A stretch of 63,535 bases of DNA, counting the filler, from Octopus bimaculoides (taxonomy: Eukaryota), in NCBI RefSeq assembly GCF_001194135.2. It is 6 parts of 5 records of this genome, joined end to end, with 100 filler letters (N's around TTAATTAATTAA, not from the genome) between each part and the next. Parts side by side here need not be neighbours in the genome. Positions count along the whole stretch, not along the records: positions 37,015 to 58,217 come from NC_068988.1; positions 58,318 to 60,710 come from NW_026314439.1; positions 60,811 to 63,535 come from NW_026429814.1; 3 more parts are not named here. One strand, 5' to 3'. The position numbers and the translations under genes were made by a program. This document shows positions 52,148-63,535 of this stretch, piece after piece. Each line of letters starts with the position of its first letter. The first letter of the stretch is position 1. The notes below the pieces were generated by a model, which was not told where the DNA came from, searched no databases, and saw nothing but the letters and a program-made list of their open reading frames with translations.

Positions 52148-52191
<44 letters not shown>

Positions 52192-52639
52192 GTGCAATAG
52201 TTGTCAATGTATTAGTACTCTTGAGTGTTTCTGTGTGTAAAGACACATATCTAAGCAAATAATTATCTTCTTCGTTTGTATTTTAATGCACGTGGTTTAA
52301 AATAATGATGACGACGTTGATGCTGATGCTGGGGATAAGGATGATGATGACCATGATTTTGAGATTATGATGTCTGATTTAGACACAACTTCAGCAATTT
52401 TGAGGGTAGGGGGTTAGTCAATTTTAGCGGTCCCAGCATATATAATATGTTTCTTATCACCATAAAAGTAACGTTGATAGGCTGTACCTACCAAAAAAAA
52501 AAAAGAGAAGGAGGCACAAATTTCTTAAGCACAAAAAACACTATTACTACAGCGATATTGGGTTTGAACGTAGTGAATAAAGAGTAATATTTGCAGCTAG
52601 AAATATTCAAAAAGTTACTGGAACAGTAGGGTAATTCAA

Positions 52640-53030
52640 GAACAGAAAGAAGGACTAAAAGACAAATAGCTGGAAAAAGAAGGAATTATATGACCCAAGT
52701 CATGCGAGAAACCGAGAATGCTGGAAGTAAAGAACTCTGGTTGTGGCTAACAGATAGAAACTGAATCGCCAATTAGAGCTGCTGGGGAAAAAGTCATTTG
52801 ACTGAATTTAACAAAAGCAAAGATTGGTAACTCTCAGAGAGCAAATACAGAATCTCTGAAAAAGGAGACGAAGGTATTAACTATCTTTTAAGCGAAACCT
52901 CAGAAACATACTCAGAAAACTGCTTTGTTGGGGACAGCAAGGATTTTGAGATTTGTACTTGGGAGGCTGGTACATGGGAAGAGATACTGTGATACTTTTG
53001 ATAACAGGTTGTCGTCCGCTCTTACAGAAT
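52640..53030 (+). pseudogene. Older, internally deleted R4/Dong-like C-terminal remnant
   Basis: ELWLWL..ETESPIRAA..TKAKI..SKYRISEKGDEGINYLLSE (decayed CCHC region) and QKTALLG.ARILRFVL across frameshifts. Confidence 0.6.
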
Positions 53031-53104
53031 TAACCGGAGCAAGTAAAATTGAGTGCTCTGAGAAGTAAAATGGAAATAACAACAATGATAATAATTCTTT
53101 CTTC

Positions 53105-53304
53105 TAAAAGTGCAAGGCCTGAAATTTTAGGGGATGGGACTAGTCGATCACATTGATCGCAGTGTTTCACTGGTACTTAGTTTATCGACCCCGAACGGAT
53201 GAAAAGCAAAGTCGACCTCGGCGGAATTTGAACTCGGAACGTAGAGACGGACGAAATGCTGCTATGCATTTTGCTCCGCATGCTAACGATCCTGCCAGCA
53301 CTCC
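53105..53304 (-). mobile_element. SINE family B copy
   Basis: caaggcctgaaatt..actggtacttagtttatcgaccccgaacggatgaaaagcaaagtcgacctcggcggaatttgaactc..ctaacgatcctgccagc. Confidence 0.88.
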
Positions 53305-54533
53305 ACTATAACAACAACAACAATAATAATAATATCTAACAAAGCCACAAAACTACAAGTGTAGAAGGAACGTAAGGGGCACGGAACGTAAGAGGGCGTA
53401 ATTTAATACTGAATGCATTTTTACCCAACCTTCAACCAATTCTGGCACCTCTATGATCTTAAGCAAAAAACTGAAAGACAGATTTTCTTCCTTTTTGCTG
53501 TTCTATATTTCTTTGATGTTGAACCACTGTATGAAGCGTCGAACTTTTCTTTGTTTTTTCCTTACATTGTAAAATCAAATATTTTGTACTATATGTGCTT
53601 GTCCGTTTTACTTGAAAATTTTCGGTTATTTCAATAACTATTTCACTGAACAGAACGTGATCAAAAAAGAAAAAGAATTCTAAATCATCTCTTGGCTAAC
53701 AAATTTACAGTGCCCAAAATACACTTCCGACTGTTACGCATTCTCATTCAAAACACAATATAATAATGCAACTTACACAGACATGTTGTACATAGTCACC
53801 TCCCAAAATTACACCCAATTATATCCGAATATTTATGACACAATTCACACGTTAAACGACTGTCCCGCTATATTATAACACAACTTGTACGTCACAAATT
53901 CTGCACAAACAATTCCAAATGCAATGACACATTTCACACACTACATATTCTATATATTCATCCCCACCGATGTCACTGGTGAAAACTGAAAAGGGTGAAG
54001 GACTGCTATATTTTGATTATCTTCTCGAAACTGGATTCTCCAAAGCGTTCCTTGAGAATTTTCGGTTCCATCCGAACCATGAAATCTGTTAAATTAGCCG
54101 ATACAATCAACTGTACTCTCTCACTAAAGTCAGCAATAATCTACCCTCTAAGAGGTCCTACTATCCATTCCCTATGTTCTATATGAGCGCATTATTTTAG
54201 TTGTCCTCTTTATTTCTCCAGCAACTAACGTTTTCACTTTAGATTACTGTTAAGATCAAACGCTCCAGAAGATGGTCACCTTTTGTAAAGGACTTCTAGC
54301 TTCCTGGACGCTTTTAGTTTGGGCTCCCATAACCTCTTGTTCGTCTTCAATCATTAGTACTGGTGGCATGTATGTTATACATGTGTAAGTGTGTATATTC
54401 TCATGTATATACGCATATATTTATATACGTGTGTAAATATACATACATATAAGCATTTGAATGTATATAAATACATGTATAGGTATAAATTTGCGTACAT
54501 TTATATATATATACATGCATGTACGTATGAATT

Positions 54534-54840
54534 AAGGTGCGTGGTTTAGTAGTTAAGGTATTCGACTCACGATCGTGAGGCCGTGAGTTCAATCCTTGGC
54601 GATGCGTTGTATCAAGACACTTTATTTTACGTTGCTCCAGTCCAATGAACTACCAAAAATGAGTAGTACCTGTACTTCAAACAGCCAGCCATGTCACATT
54701 ATTTGTCATGTTGAATCTACTTCAGAACTGCATTGGGGTGCATGTGTGTGTGGAGTGTTCAGCCACATGAGCGTCAATTTCACAAGCAGACTGAGCCGTT
54801 GATTCGATCAAATGGAACTCTCATGGTTGTAATCGAGGGA
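54534..54840 (+). mobile_element. tRNA-derived SINE family C
   Basis: A-box TGGTTTAGTAG (54542-54552), B-box GAGTTCAATCC (54585-54595), followed by caagacactttatttt body. Confidence 0.7.
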
Positions 54841-54947
54841 TATATGTATGTATGTATATTTACATATATATATACGTTTTATTTACACATACATTATATA
54901 TACATATATGAATCTATATATTTATGTAATAAACACGAAAGCACATC

Positions 54948-55007
<60 letters not shown>

Positions 55008-55689
55008 NNNNNNNNNNNNNNNNNNNNNNNNNNNNNNNNNNNNNNNNNNNNNNNNNNNNNNNNNNNNNNNNNNNNNNNNNNNNNNNNNNNNNNNNNNNNN
55101 NNNNNNNNNNNNNNNNNNNNNNNNNNNNNNNNNNNNNNNNNNNNNNNNNNNNNNNNNNNNNNNNNNNNNNNNNNNNNNNNNNNNNNNNNNNNNNNNNNNN
55201 NNNNNNNNNNNNNNNNNNNNNNNNNNNNNNNNNNNNNNNNNNNNNNNNNNNNNNNNNNNNNNNNNNNNNNNNNNNNNNNNNNNNNNNNNNNNNNNNNNNN
55301 NNNNNNNNNNNNNNNNNNNNNNNNNNNNNNNNNNNNNNNNNNNNNNNNNNNNNNNNNNNNNNNNNNNNNNNNNNNNNNNNNNNNNNNNNNNNNNNNNNNN
55401 NNNNNNNNNNNNNNNNNNNNNNNNNNNNNNNNNNNNNNNNNNNNNNNNNNNNTGTGTGTGTGTAACAGAGTTATTACTTAGAGGAAATTTAAAATGTCGA
55501 TAACGGCCATCTTAAGTAAAAAGCTGTGTATGGACGTCGTATGCTACAAATGTGAGTACTTCATCCTTTTCCCAGTAAAGTAGAAAGAAGAAAGTGATAC
55601 CTCTCTCTTTCTCTCTTCTTTTTTTTTTTTTCAATTGGAGATTACTTATTTATTTCCTTGAACGGGGTGTTAGCAGATGAGTCGTCCTT

Positions 55690-56030
55690 AGTCCAGGATA
55701 GAGTACATGGAAATATCCGGCTGGCTTTTTAGACCGAGAATCAAGGGCAAAGTCAAGTTGAATGTATACATCACAGGTTTTACGATCAGAGGTATTGACA
55801 GAGCATCGGCTCTTGGCTTGTCGTTACCTTTGCGCAAAATTGGAGATATCTGAACGAGAAACTACCCACAATATGTGAACAGGTGAGGTCTGCATGGATC
55901 TCTAGGTCTTAGTGATGCCCGACGACCACAAAGCTATCCCAGAGCGAATATCAAATAGACTGATGGGGAGAGCAAAATACTCGATTGCTAAACGTGTGGT
56001 AATAAAGATCACTTGAATACCTTCTGTCTA
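55690..56030 (+). pseudogene. Degenerate retroelement ORF1 with a CCHC zinc knuckle (possibly L1/Tx1-like)
   Basis: 55986-56027 translates to C*TCGNKDHLNTFC (CX2CX4HX4C with a stop codon); the clade is a guess. Confidence 0.45.
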
Positions 56031-56769
56031 GAAGAGGAAGAAAAACAGAATTAAAAATAATGGGTAACAGAAATGCAGAGCTAGCAGAGGGGTCAGTAAC
56101 AGCTCTCAAATACCACTCTCTGATACCACTGCTATCAGAGCCTCACTGTCCTCTGCTTTAAGGATAACCAGAGCAGAAGCAAGCAAAATTGCTGTATCTT
56201 CAGTGTCACTAGTACTATGGACCGAAGACGAGCGAGAAGTCATGGGAGCTCCTTCTCCAAGACAGGATTGGACAAAAAAATATAAGCAAAATACCATTCC
56301 ACTCTCTTGTGTCGTAAATGGTAAAATAAGGAAGGAGTATTATTATTGTAATTAGCCCATTATTATTAATATTATCTCTCCTTTTATAGAGGCTAGACCA
56401 ATTGCTTGGTAGCAGTTGGTACTGACTCCAGATGAGAAGAGATAGTCTCAAAAATTCTCCCAATTTGATATATCATTAAGGAAAAGAGAGTCGGATTATC
56501 TGGAGACAAGTGTTCATGTGCTTCTTTTTCAATAAGCGCCAGCAGCACAGTAATTATCCTACCTTTACATGGGGTACTTAAACGTATACTAAAAAGAGGA
56601 GAACACATTTAAGGCATAGGTCATTTCCTTAAATGAAACGAAAATGAGACAGACTCACGCGCACAGATACACGCAAGCACGCATATATTCACACACGCAC
56701 ATAATCACAAGCACACATATACACACAAGTATACACACACACACATACACATACACACACGCACTTATA

Positions 56770-56920
56770 CGGTAAGGTTCCATGCAGTTTCAATCTAAGA
56801 AATACTGCTTACAAAAATTTGGTCAATCTGAGCTATGGTAGAAAATACTTGCCCAAGCTGTTGCACCGTGCGCGGGGATCGAATCTACAGCAATTCAACT
56901 ACGAAACGAACTGATTAACC
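56770..56920 (-). mobile_element. Degenerate SINE family A copy
   Basis: ctatggtagaaaatacttgcccaag..ggggatcgaatc is the reverse complement of the family A head/central block. Confidence 0.55.
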
Positions 56921-56964
56921 ATCTGTCTATCTGACTAGCTAGTTACTTATGGTACATATCTGTA

Positions 56965-57081
<117 letters not shown>

Positions 57082-57239
57082 CAGACAGACAGACGGATAG
57101 ATAGATAGATAGATAGTTACATGCATTAGAGACGCGAGTCTAGAAGAGTTTTTATAAATACGCCTTGTGTCCCTCGAGCCTAAAGTTTGCTTTGAGACAT
57201 AAAACGTGTTAAGTTTAAAAAACACAAAAAAACAATAAC

Positions 57240-57542
57240 AAAAAAACAACAAAGTGAGGACGTGATACGGATAGTGTTATCGGACGCTCGGGAAAGGAAA
57301 GAGAGAGTGTATAAAGATATATGCATATATCCATACATATATGTACATACCGACATATACATACATGTATATATGGGTACAGGACATCAAAAAACAAAAA
57401 AACGTTAAACACAATGAGAAACGTTTCTTATTGTGTTTAACTTAGTTTTTTTTTTTTTTTGATGTCTTGTACTCATATATGCATGTATGTATACATATAG
57501 ATGTAGGTATGTTCATATATGTATGGATATATGCATATATCT
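57240..57542. repeat. pLTR-like repeat folded into a spacer-less imperfect palindrome centred at 57422/57423
   Basis: 57315-57422 is mirrored by 57423-57542; centre gagaaACGTttctt. Confidence 0.8.
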
Positions 57543-58062
57543 ATATATCATTTATATTATTATATGATCGAACGCCAAGCACCCTTGTCCAAGTATATAT
57601 ATAGAACAACTAAATAGGTTGCAAGTAGCAACGAAAATTTTAGAAAAAAAATAAAATAAAAATAAATGAGTGGAAATCGAACTGGTGAATCTGTTAATTA
57701 ATAAGGCATTGGTGAGTTCAAACAAGAAAAACGACAAAAAAAAACCCTACAAAAACAACAACGCGAGGACGTGATACAGTTATTGTGTTATTGGACGCTC
57801 AAGAAAGAAATGTATGTATGTATATACAAGAAAATGCACTGAGAAACTTATGGAATAGAAAAAAAGAGACTGATTACTTTTAGCTAAGTAAGCAGTTGAA
57901 AACTACGAAGAAAGAAGAAAGTGAGCGAAACCGCGAGATGCTTAGTTTAATATGCAAAAACACGTTTGAGATAATAAAGTTTTCAAACCATTTTTTTTCC
58001 TTGTATCTTTTAAATATACATGCATGCACATATATATCTATAGATACATACACATGCATGTC

Positions 58063-58121
<59 letters not shown>

Positions 58122-58317
58122 GTATCTATCTGTCTATTTCTGTCTTTCCCTTGTCTTCCTCTCTCTCTCTCCCTATATATATATGTGTGTGTCTGTGAGT
58201 GTGTGTGTTTATATATANNNNNNNNNNNNNNNNNNNNNNNNNNNNNNNNNNNNNNNNNNNNTTAATTAATTAANNNNNNNNNNNNNNNNNNNNNNNNNNN
58301 NNNNNNNNNNNNNNNNN

Positions 58318-58590
58318 GTCGATGTAATCGACTTAATCTGTTTGTCTGTCCTTGTTTGTCCCTCCTGTGTATAACCCCTTGTGGGCAATAAATAGATAAG
58401 AAACGTTAGCACACCGAGTGAAATGCTTAGCGGTATTTCGTCTGAGTTCAAATTTCGCTGAGATCCACTTTGCGTTTCATCCTTTCGGGGTCGATAAGTT
58501 AAGTACCAGTTGCGTACGAGGTCGATATAATTGACTGGCCTATTCCCCGCAAATTTCTGGCGTTGTGCCTAGAGTAGAAAAGAATATTGT
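58318..58590 (+). mobile_element. Tandem SINE family B pieces (a 3' end followed by a second copy)
   Basis: gtcgatgtaatcgacttaatc..ccccttgtgggcaataaa, then cgttagcacaccgagtgaaatgcttagcggtatttcg..ctttcggggtcgataag. Confidence 0.82.
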
Positions 58591-58629
58591 TGAAGTTACG
58601 CTAAAATGCTTATATACATGCATACATAC

Positions 58630-58678
<49 letters not shown>

Positions 58679-60095
58679 NNNNNNNNNNNNNNNNNNNNNN
58701 NNNNNNNNNNNNNNNNNNNNNNNNNNNNNNNNNNNNNNNNNNNNNNNNNNNNNNNNNNNNNNNNNNNNNNNNNNNNNNNNNNNNNNNNNNNNNNNNNNNN
58801 NNNNNNNNNNNNNNNNNNNNNNNNNNNNNNNNNNNNNNNNNNNNNNNNNNNNNNNNNNNNNNNNNNNNNNNNNNNNNNNNNNNNNNNNNNNNNNNNNNNN
58901 NNNNNNNNNNNNNNNNNNNNNNNNNNNNNNNNNNNNNNNNNNNNNNNNNNNNNNNNNNNNNNNNNNNNNNNNNNNNNNNNNNNNNNNNNNNNNNNNNNNN
59001 NNNNNNNNNNNNNNNNNNNNNNNNNNNNNNNNNNNNNNNNNNNNNNNNNNNNNNNNNNNNNNNNNNNNNNNNNNNNNNNNNNNNNNNNNNNNNNNNNNNN
59101 NNNNNNNNNNNNNNNNNNNNNNNNNNNNNNNNNNNNNNNNNNNNNNNNNNNNNNNNNNNNNNNNNNNNNNNNNNNNNNNNNNNNNNNNNNNNNNNNNNNN
59201 NNNNNNNNNNNNNNNNNNNNNNNNNNNNNNNNNNNNNNNNNNNNNNNNNNNNNNNNNNNNNNNNNNNNNNNNNNNNNNNNNNNNNNNNNNNNNNNNNNNN
59301 NNNNNNNNNNNNNNNNNNNNNNNNNNNNNNNNNNNNNNNNNNNNNNNNNNNNNNNNNNNNNNNNNNNNNNNNNNNNNNNNNNNNNNNNNNNNNNNNNNNN
59401 NNNNNNNNNNNNNNNNNNNNNNNNNNNNNNNNNNNNNNNNNNNNNNNNNNNNNNNNNNNNNNNNNNNNNNNNNNNNNNNNNNNNNNNNNNNNNNNNNNNN
59501 NNNNNNNNNNNNNNNNNNNNNNNNNNNNNNNNNNNNNNNNNNNNNNNNNNNNNNNTATACATACACACATACACACATACATTCATACATACATACTATC
59601 TAAGCATGAAGAGACGGATTTCTGTTAGAGGTTCGTGAAACTTAAAGTCGTATGGAACCGAATCAAACTGTTTTAAATAATAATATATGCATACGCTCAC
59701 TAACACACATACGCAAATAGACACATACACATACACACACGCGCGCGCGCACGTGCGGAGGTTTTGAAAATAAACATGTGAAATTAAAATTTTTTTTTTT
59801 TTTCCTGTTTATAGAATTCTAATTCAACTGTGTGTTTTAGGTATTCTTCTAGTTCTAGTCATAATTTTTTGATTCAATTTGGTTTGGGTTCAAATTTAGA
59901 AGATTTATCTCTGTCAGTTCGCATCTTGAAAGTCTGTCACTGAAATAACTCCACCCATCCAGGCCCACCACATATTACACATTGATGATAGTTAATTCAT
60001 TCATAATTTGATTTAGGGGGATTATTTCTCGCCTTAAATATAAAATCGAGATAAGGAGGCACCTTACTACGGCGGACATTATAACAGATGTAATA

Positions 60096-60302
60096 GGTGC
60101 AGGAGTGGCTTACTGGCGCAGGTGTGGCTTATAGGTGCAAGAGTGGTTGTGTGGTAAGAAGCTTGCTTCCTAACCACATGGTTCCGGGTTCAGTCCCACT
60201 CCTCGGCACCTTCGGCAAGTGTCGTCTACTATAGCCTCGTGACGACCAAAGCGGATTTGGTAGACGGAAACTGAAAGACACCCGTCGTATATATATATAT
60301 GT

Positions 60303-60356
<54 letters not shown>

Positions 60357-60540
60357 TTGTGTGTTTGTTTGTCCCCTCACCATCACTTGACAACCGATGT
60401 TGGTGTGTTTACATCTGCGTAAATTAGCGGTTCGGTAAAAAGAGACCGATAAAAAAAAGTACTAGGCTTACAGAGAATAAGTCCTGGGGTCGAGATTTGT
60501 TCTCCAGCATGGCCGCAGTCAAATGACTGAAACAAGAAAA
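60096..60540 (+). mobile_element. Near full-length SINE family A with a triplicated 5' head
   Basis: Three ~19-bp ggtgcaggagtggct-like starts, then gtgtggtaagaagcttgcttcc..ggttcagtccca..ctccagcatggccgcagtcaaatgactgaaacaag. Confidence 0.88.
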
Positions 60541-60559
60541 AGACTACCCGCACACGCGC

Positions 60560-60710
60560 ACACGGGGGAATGCCGAAAAATCCCTGGCTGTGAGAGTATC
60601 GCGGAAGGCCTGGTTGTTAAGCCCAACCTTCCGAGTTCTTTTACAGGGCTTGAGAGGGGAATACGTTGAATAAAATCATAATTAAATGACCCTCATGTGT
60701 TTTCTTTTAC
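60560..60710 (+). mobile_element. Non-autonomous mariner derivative, truncated by a gap
   Basis: TIR-like cacgggggaatgccgaaaaatccctggct; ttgagaggggaatacgttgaataa encodes LRGEYVE*, a typical mariner transposase C-terminus. Confidence 0.5.
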
Positions 60711-61897
60711 NNNNNNNNNNNNNNNNNNNNNNNNNNNNNNNNNNNNNNNNNNNNTTAATTAATTAANNNNNNNNNNNNNNNNNNNNNNNNNNNNNNNNNN
60801 NNNNNNNNNNACCGCCAGAATCGTTTGAGAATCGTTTGTTTACGTAGTCAGCACTTACTGTATTCGGCTGAATGGACGTCAGTCATTGGTTGAAATTACA
60901 GAAATACGACAACTTTAACATGAAATAAGTTGCAATATAATAATTTTTCTTAAGAAGACTAAGAGAAAAAGATGTTTTATATGACACATTCTACCAGTGT
61001 CCCAAGTTTCAAAGTGTTTCGTTAAGAAAATACTGGCGCCCCCGTTTTGAACTAGATCCCATTGTATTTCATCTCTTGGAAAACCCTTGCACCAACAGAT
61101 ATAGAACATGATTATCGAAGTAAACTTTGGTAATAATATTAACTTAGTCTTTACAAGTAATTTTTACTCCTTTAACCCCTTCTTCTTGCCCCTTTCATTT
61201 CCATCTAACTTAACTTAACAACATAATCTATCTCTGTAGATTAATAGACCACCCATTACTTTTATTAATTGTCAATCATTTAATATCTTACTAATTAATA
61301 TAAGCATCATTTTCCTATACATATAGCACTACTTTAATATCAATCACCACACGACTACCGTATGTATATACGTACAAATGTGTGTATATATATGCGTGTA
61401 AGTATCCATGTGTATACATATGTGTGTGTGTGTGCATATGTGTATGCATGCTTGTGTATATATGCATGTGTACACATTTATGTATATGTATGAAATTGTG
61501 TATGTGTATGTATATATATATATATATATATATGTTTGTGTGTGTGTGTGTGTATATATATATATGTATGCACATGTATGTATGTATGTATGTATGTATG
61601 ATTATATACATTTATGTCAACACAGCTTGTATAAATACACGATTAACTCCCCTTTGCGGTCCCATTATACATAAAACATTATTCTCCAATCTTTATCGGA
61701 TTTAAATCATCTTATCATCTCCCAATTCTAAACTCTAAATTTCCTTTTTTCCTTCTTTTCTTCCTTTCTTGCCCAACGTACTGTCTCGTAGCGTTCCAGC
61801 CTCCAACGGTTTTTTCAAATAAGTTACGTAGCAATCTTCTCTAACTACAGTTATCACATTCGGTTAAAATGTCTCACGGTTAAACTGGTTCCTATGT

Positions 61898-61974
61898 ATT
61901 TCCCTGAAGAGAAGATTACTCACCTATTCCTTTGGAAGGTACAATTTGTAATCTTCGAAACATATGTTGGAAAT
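61898..61974 (+). ncRNA. Type-I hammerhead ribozyme motif with intact core and an extended stem II
   Basis: Stem I ATTTCC/GGAAAT (6 bp), core CTGAAGA, stem II GAAGATTAC/GTAATCTTC (9 bp), GAAA, palindromic stem III ACATATGT, triplet GUU; predicted cleavage after 61968. Confidence 0.82.
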
Positions 61975-63037
61975 AAAAGAATTCATCTAATATATGCGTT
62001 TTACTCCATTTACTAAATTTGTATATTTACCCAAGTACCCAAAATAACAAGGAGTTTCTACCTCATAAACAGCAGTTACACCACAGTCATTTTGTGATCT
62101 TTGCTACCCTGGTATCTATTAACCAATTTATTTTATCGGAGTTAATTATTAACTTAGAGAAAATAAATACATATAATAATATATATATATATATGTATAT
62201 ATATANNNNNNNNNNNNNNNNNNNNNNNNNNNNNNNNNNNNNNNNNNNNNNNNNNNNNNNNNNNNNNNNNNNNNNNNNNNNNNNNNNNNNNNNNNNNNNN
62301 NNNNNNNNNNNNNNNNNNNNNNNNNNNNNNNNNNNNNNNNNNNNNNNNNNNNNNNNNNNNNNNNNNNNNNNNNNNNNNNNNNNNNNNNNNNNNNNNNNNN
62401 NNNNNNNNNNNNNNNNNNNNNNNNNNNNNNNNNNNNNNNNNNNNNNNNNNNNNNNNNNNNNNNNNNNNNNNNNNNNNNNNNNNNNNNNNNNNNNNNNNNN
62501 NNNNNNNNNNNNNNNNNNNNNNNNNNNNNNNNNNNNNNNNNNNNNNNNNNNNNNNNNNNNNNNNNNNNNNNNNNNNNNNNNNNNNNNNNNNNNNNNNNNN
62601 NNNNNNNNNNNNNNNNNNNNNNNNNNNNNNNNNNNNNNNNNNNNNNNNNNNNNNNNNNNNNNNNNNNNNNNNNNNNNNNNNNNNNNNNNNNNNNNNNNNN
62701 NNNNNNNNNNNNNNNNNNNNNNNNNNNNNNNNNNNNNNNNNNNNNNNNNNNNNNNNNNNNNNNNNNNNNNNNNNNNNNNNNNNNNNNNNNNNNNNNNNNN
62801 NNNNNNNNNNNNNNNNNNNNNNNNNNNNNNNNNNNNNNNNNNNNNNNNNNNNNNNNNNNNNNNNNNNNNNNNNNNNNNNNNNNNNNNNNNNNNNNNNNNN
62901 NNNNNNNNNNNNNNNNNNNNNNNNNNNNNNNNNNNNNNNNNNNNNNNNNNNNNNNNNNNNNNNNNNNNNNNNNNNNNNNNNNNNNNNNNNNNNNNNNNNN
63001 NNNNNNNNNNNNNNNNNNNNNNNNNNNNNNNNNNNAG

Positions 63038-63535
63038 GAGGAATTCCCAGACCTGGAAGGTGGATTATACAGGGACGACGCACTATTCGTAATTAAAAAT
63101 CCCTCGAATAGGAAACTAGAGCTCATTAAGAAAAACTTACATAAATTCTTCAAAAGATTTGGACTAGCCATTTCTATAGAAAACGAACACACATCCATAA
63201 ACTATTTAGACGCCAATTGCAACCTAGTCACAGGAGTACATGAACCATACATAAAGCCTAATACTAACCTAAAATACATAAACGCATCCAGCAACCACCC
63301 ACTATTCCTCAAGAGAGGCTTAGCACATAGTATAAGCAATAGAATATCACGCCTCTCCTCTAACCAAGTTATTTTTAATAAGCATAAGGAAACCTACAAC
63401 ATCGCACTACATAGGGCAGGATTTAACCATAAAATTAAATTCATAGAATCCAATAACCATAGAAAAGACCCAACTGTACGGAATTTAAACGCTAGAAACA
63501 CACACACTATTAACACACCAAACACCGCTGGAAAC
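63038..63535 (+). CDS. Penelope-like reverse transcriptase, partial (166 codons, no stop; open at both ends)
   Basis: EEFPDLEGGLYRDDALFVIK..FFKRFGLAISIE..INYLDANCNL..PYIKPNTNLKYINASSNHP..ISNRISRLSSN..YNIALHRAGF; catalytic YRDD at 63068-63079. Confidence 0.92.

Noticed and set aside
56106-56608. Two minus-strand ORFs of 63-71 aa with protein-like composition
   Set aside because: No identifiable family, and they partly lie antisense to a probable retroelement ORF1 remnant.
60791-61070. Probable DNA-transposon end (..ggcgcccccgttttgaac)
   Set aside because: The partner end is lost in a gap, so no TIR or TSD can be shown.

Overview
AT-rich, microsatellite-saturated eukaryotic DNA from a gappy draft assembly. 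The repeat landscape looks like an octopus genome, which is an inference from repeat types, not a database match. I could not identify a host protein-coding gene; almost all supplied ORFs are microsatellite or N-run artefacts. The window is a mosaic of transposable-element remnants. Penelope-like elements (PLEs) appear as RT-thumb and GIY-YIG fragments plus one stop-free RT segment with a YRDD motif running off the window end. Other retroelements are R4/Dong-type RLE LINE pieces in (AAT)n tracts, Tx1/L1-like and RTE-like LINE fragments, and at least three tRNA-derived SINE families. DNA elements include a near full-length DD37D (maT) Tc1/mariner, a MULE fragment, Helitron ends and several MITEs. 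The most notable signal is about seven minimal type-I hammerhead-ribozyme (HHR) motifs from about six unrelated repeat sequences, several in inverted-repeat arrangements. One lies inside a TSD-bounded element that fuses a tRNA-like Pol III head to an HHR and carries a 5' inverted head/tail segment. This suggests a family of ribozyme-bearing SINE/retrozyme-like elements mobilised by Penelope machinery. Ribozyme activity and the mobilising partner are inferred, not demonstrated.
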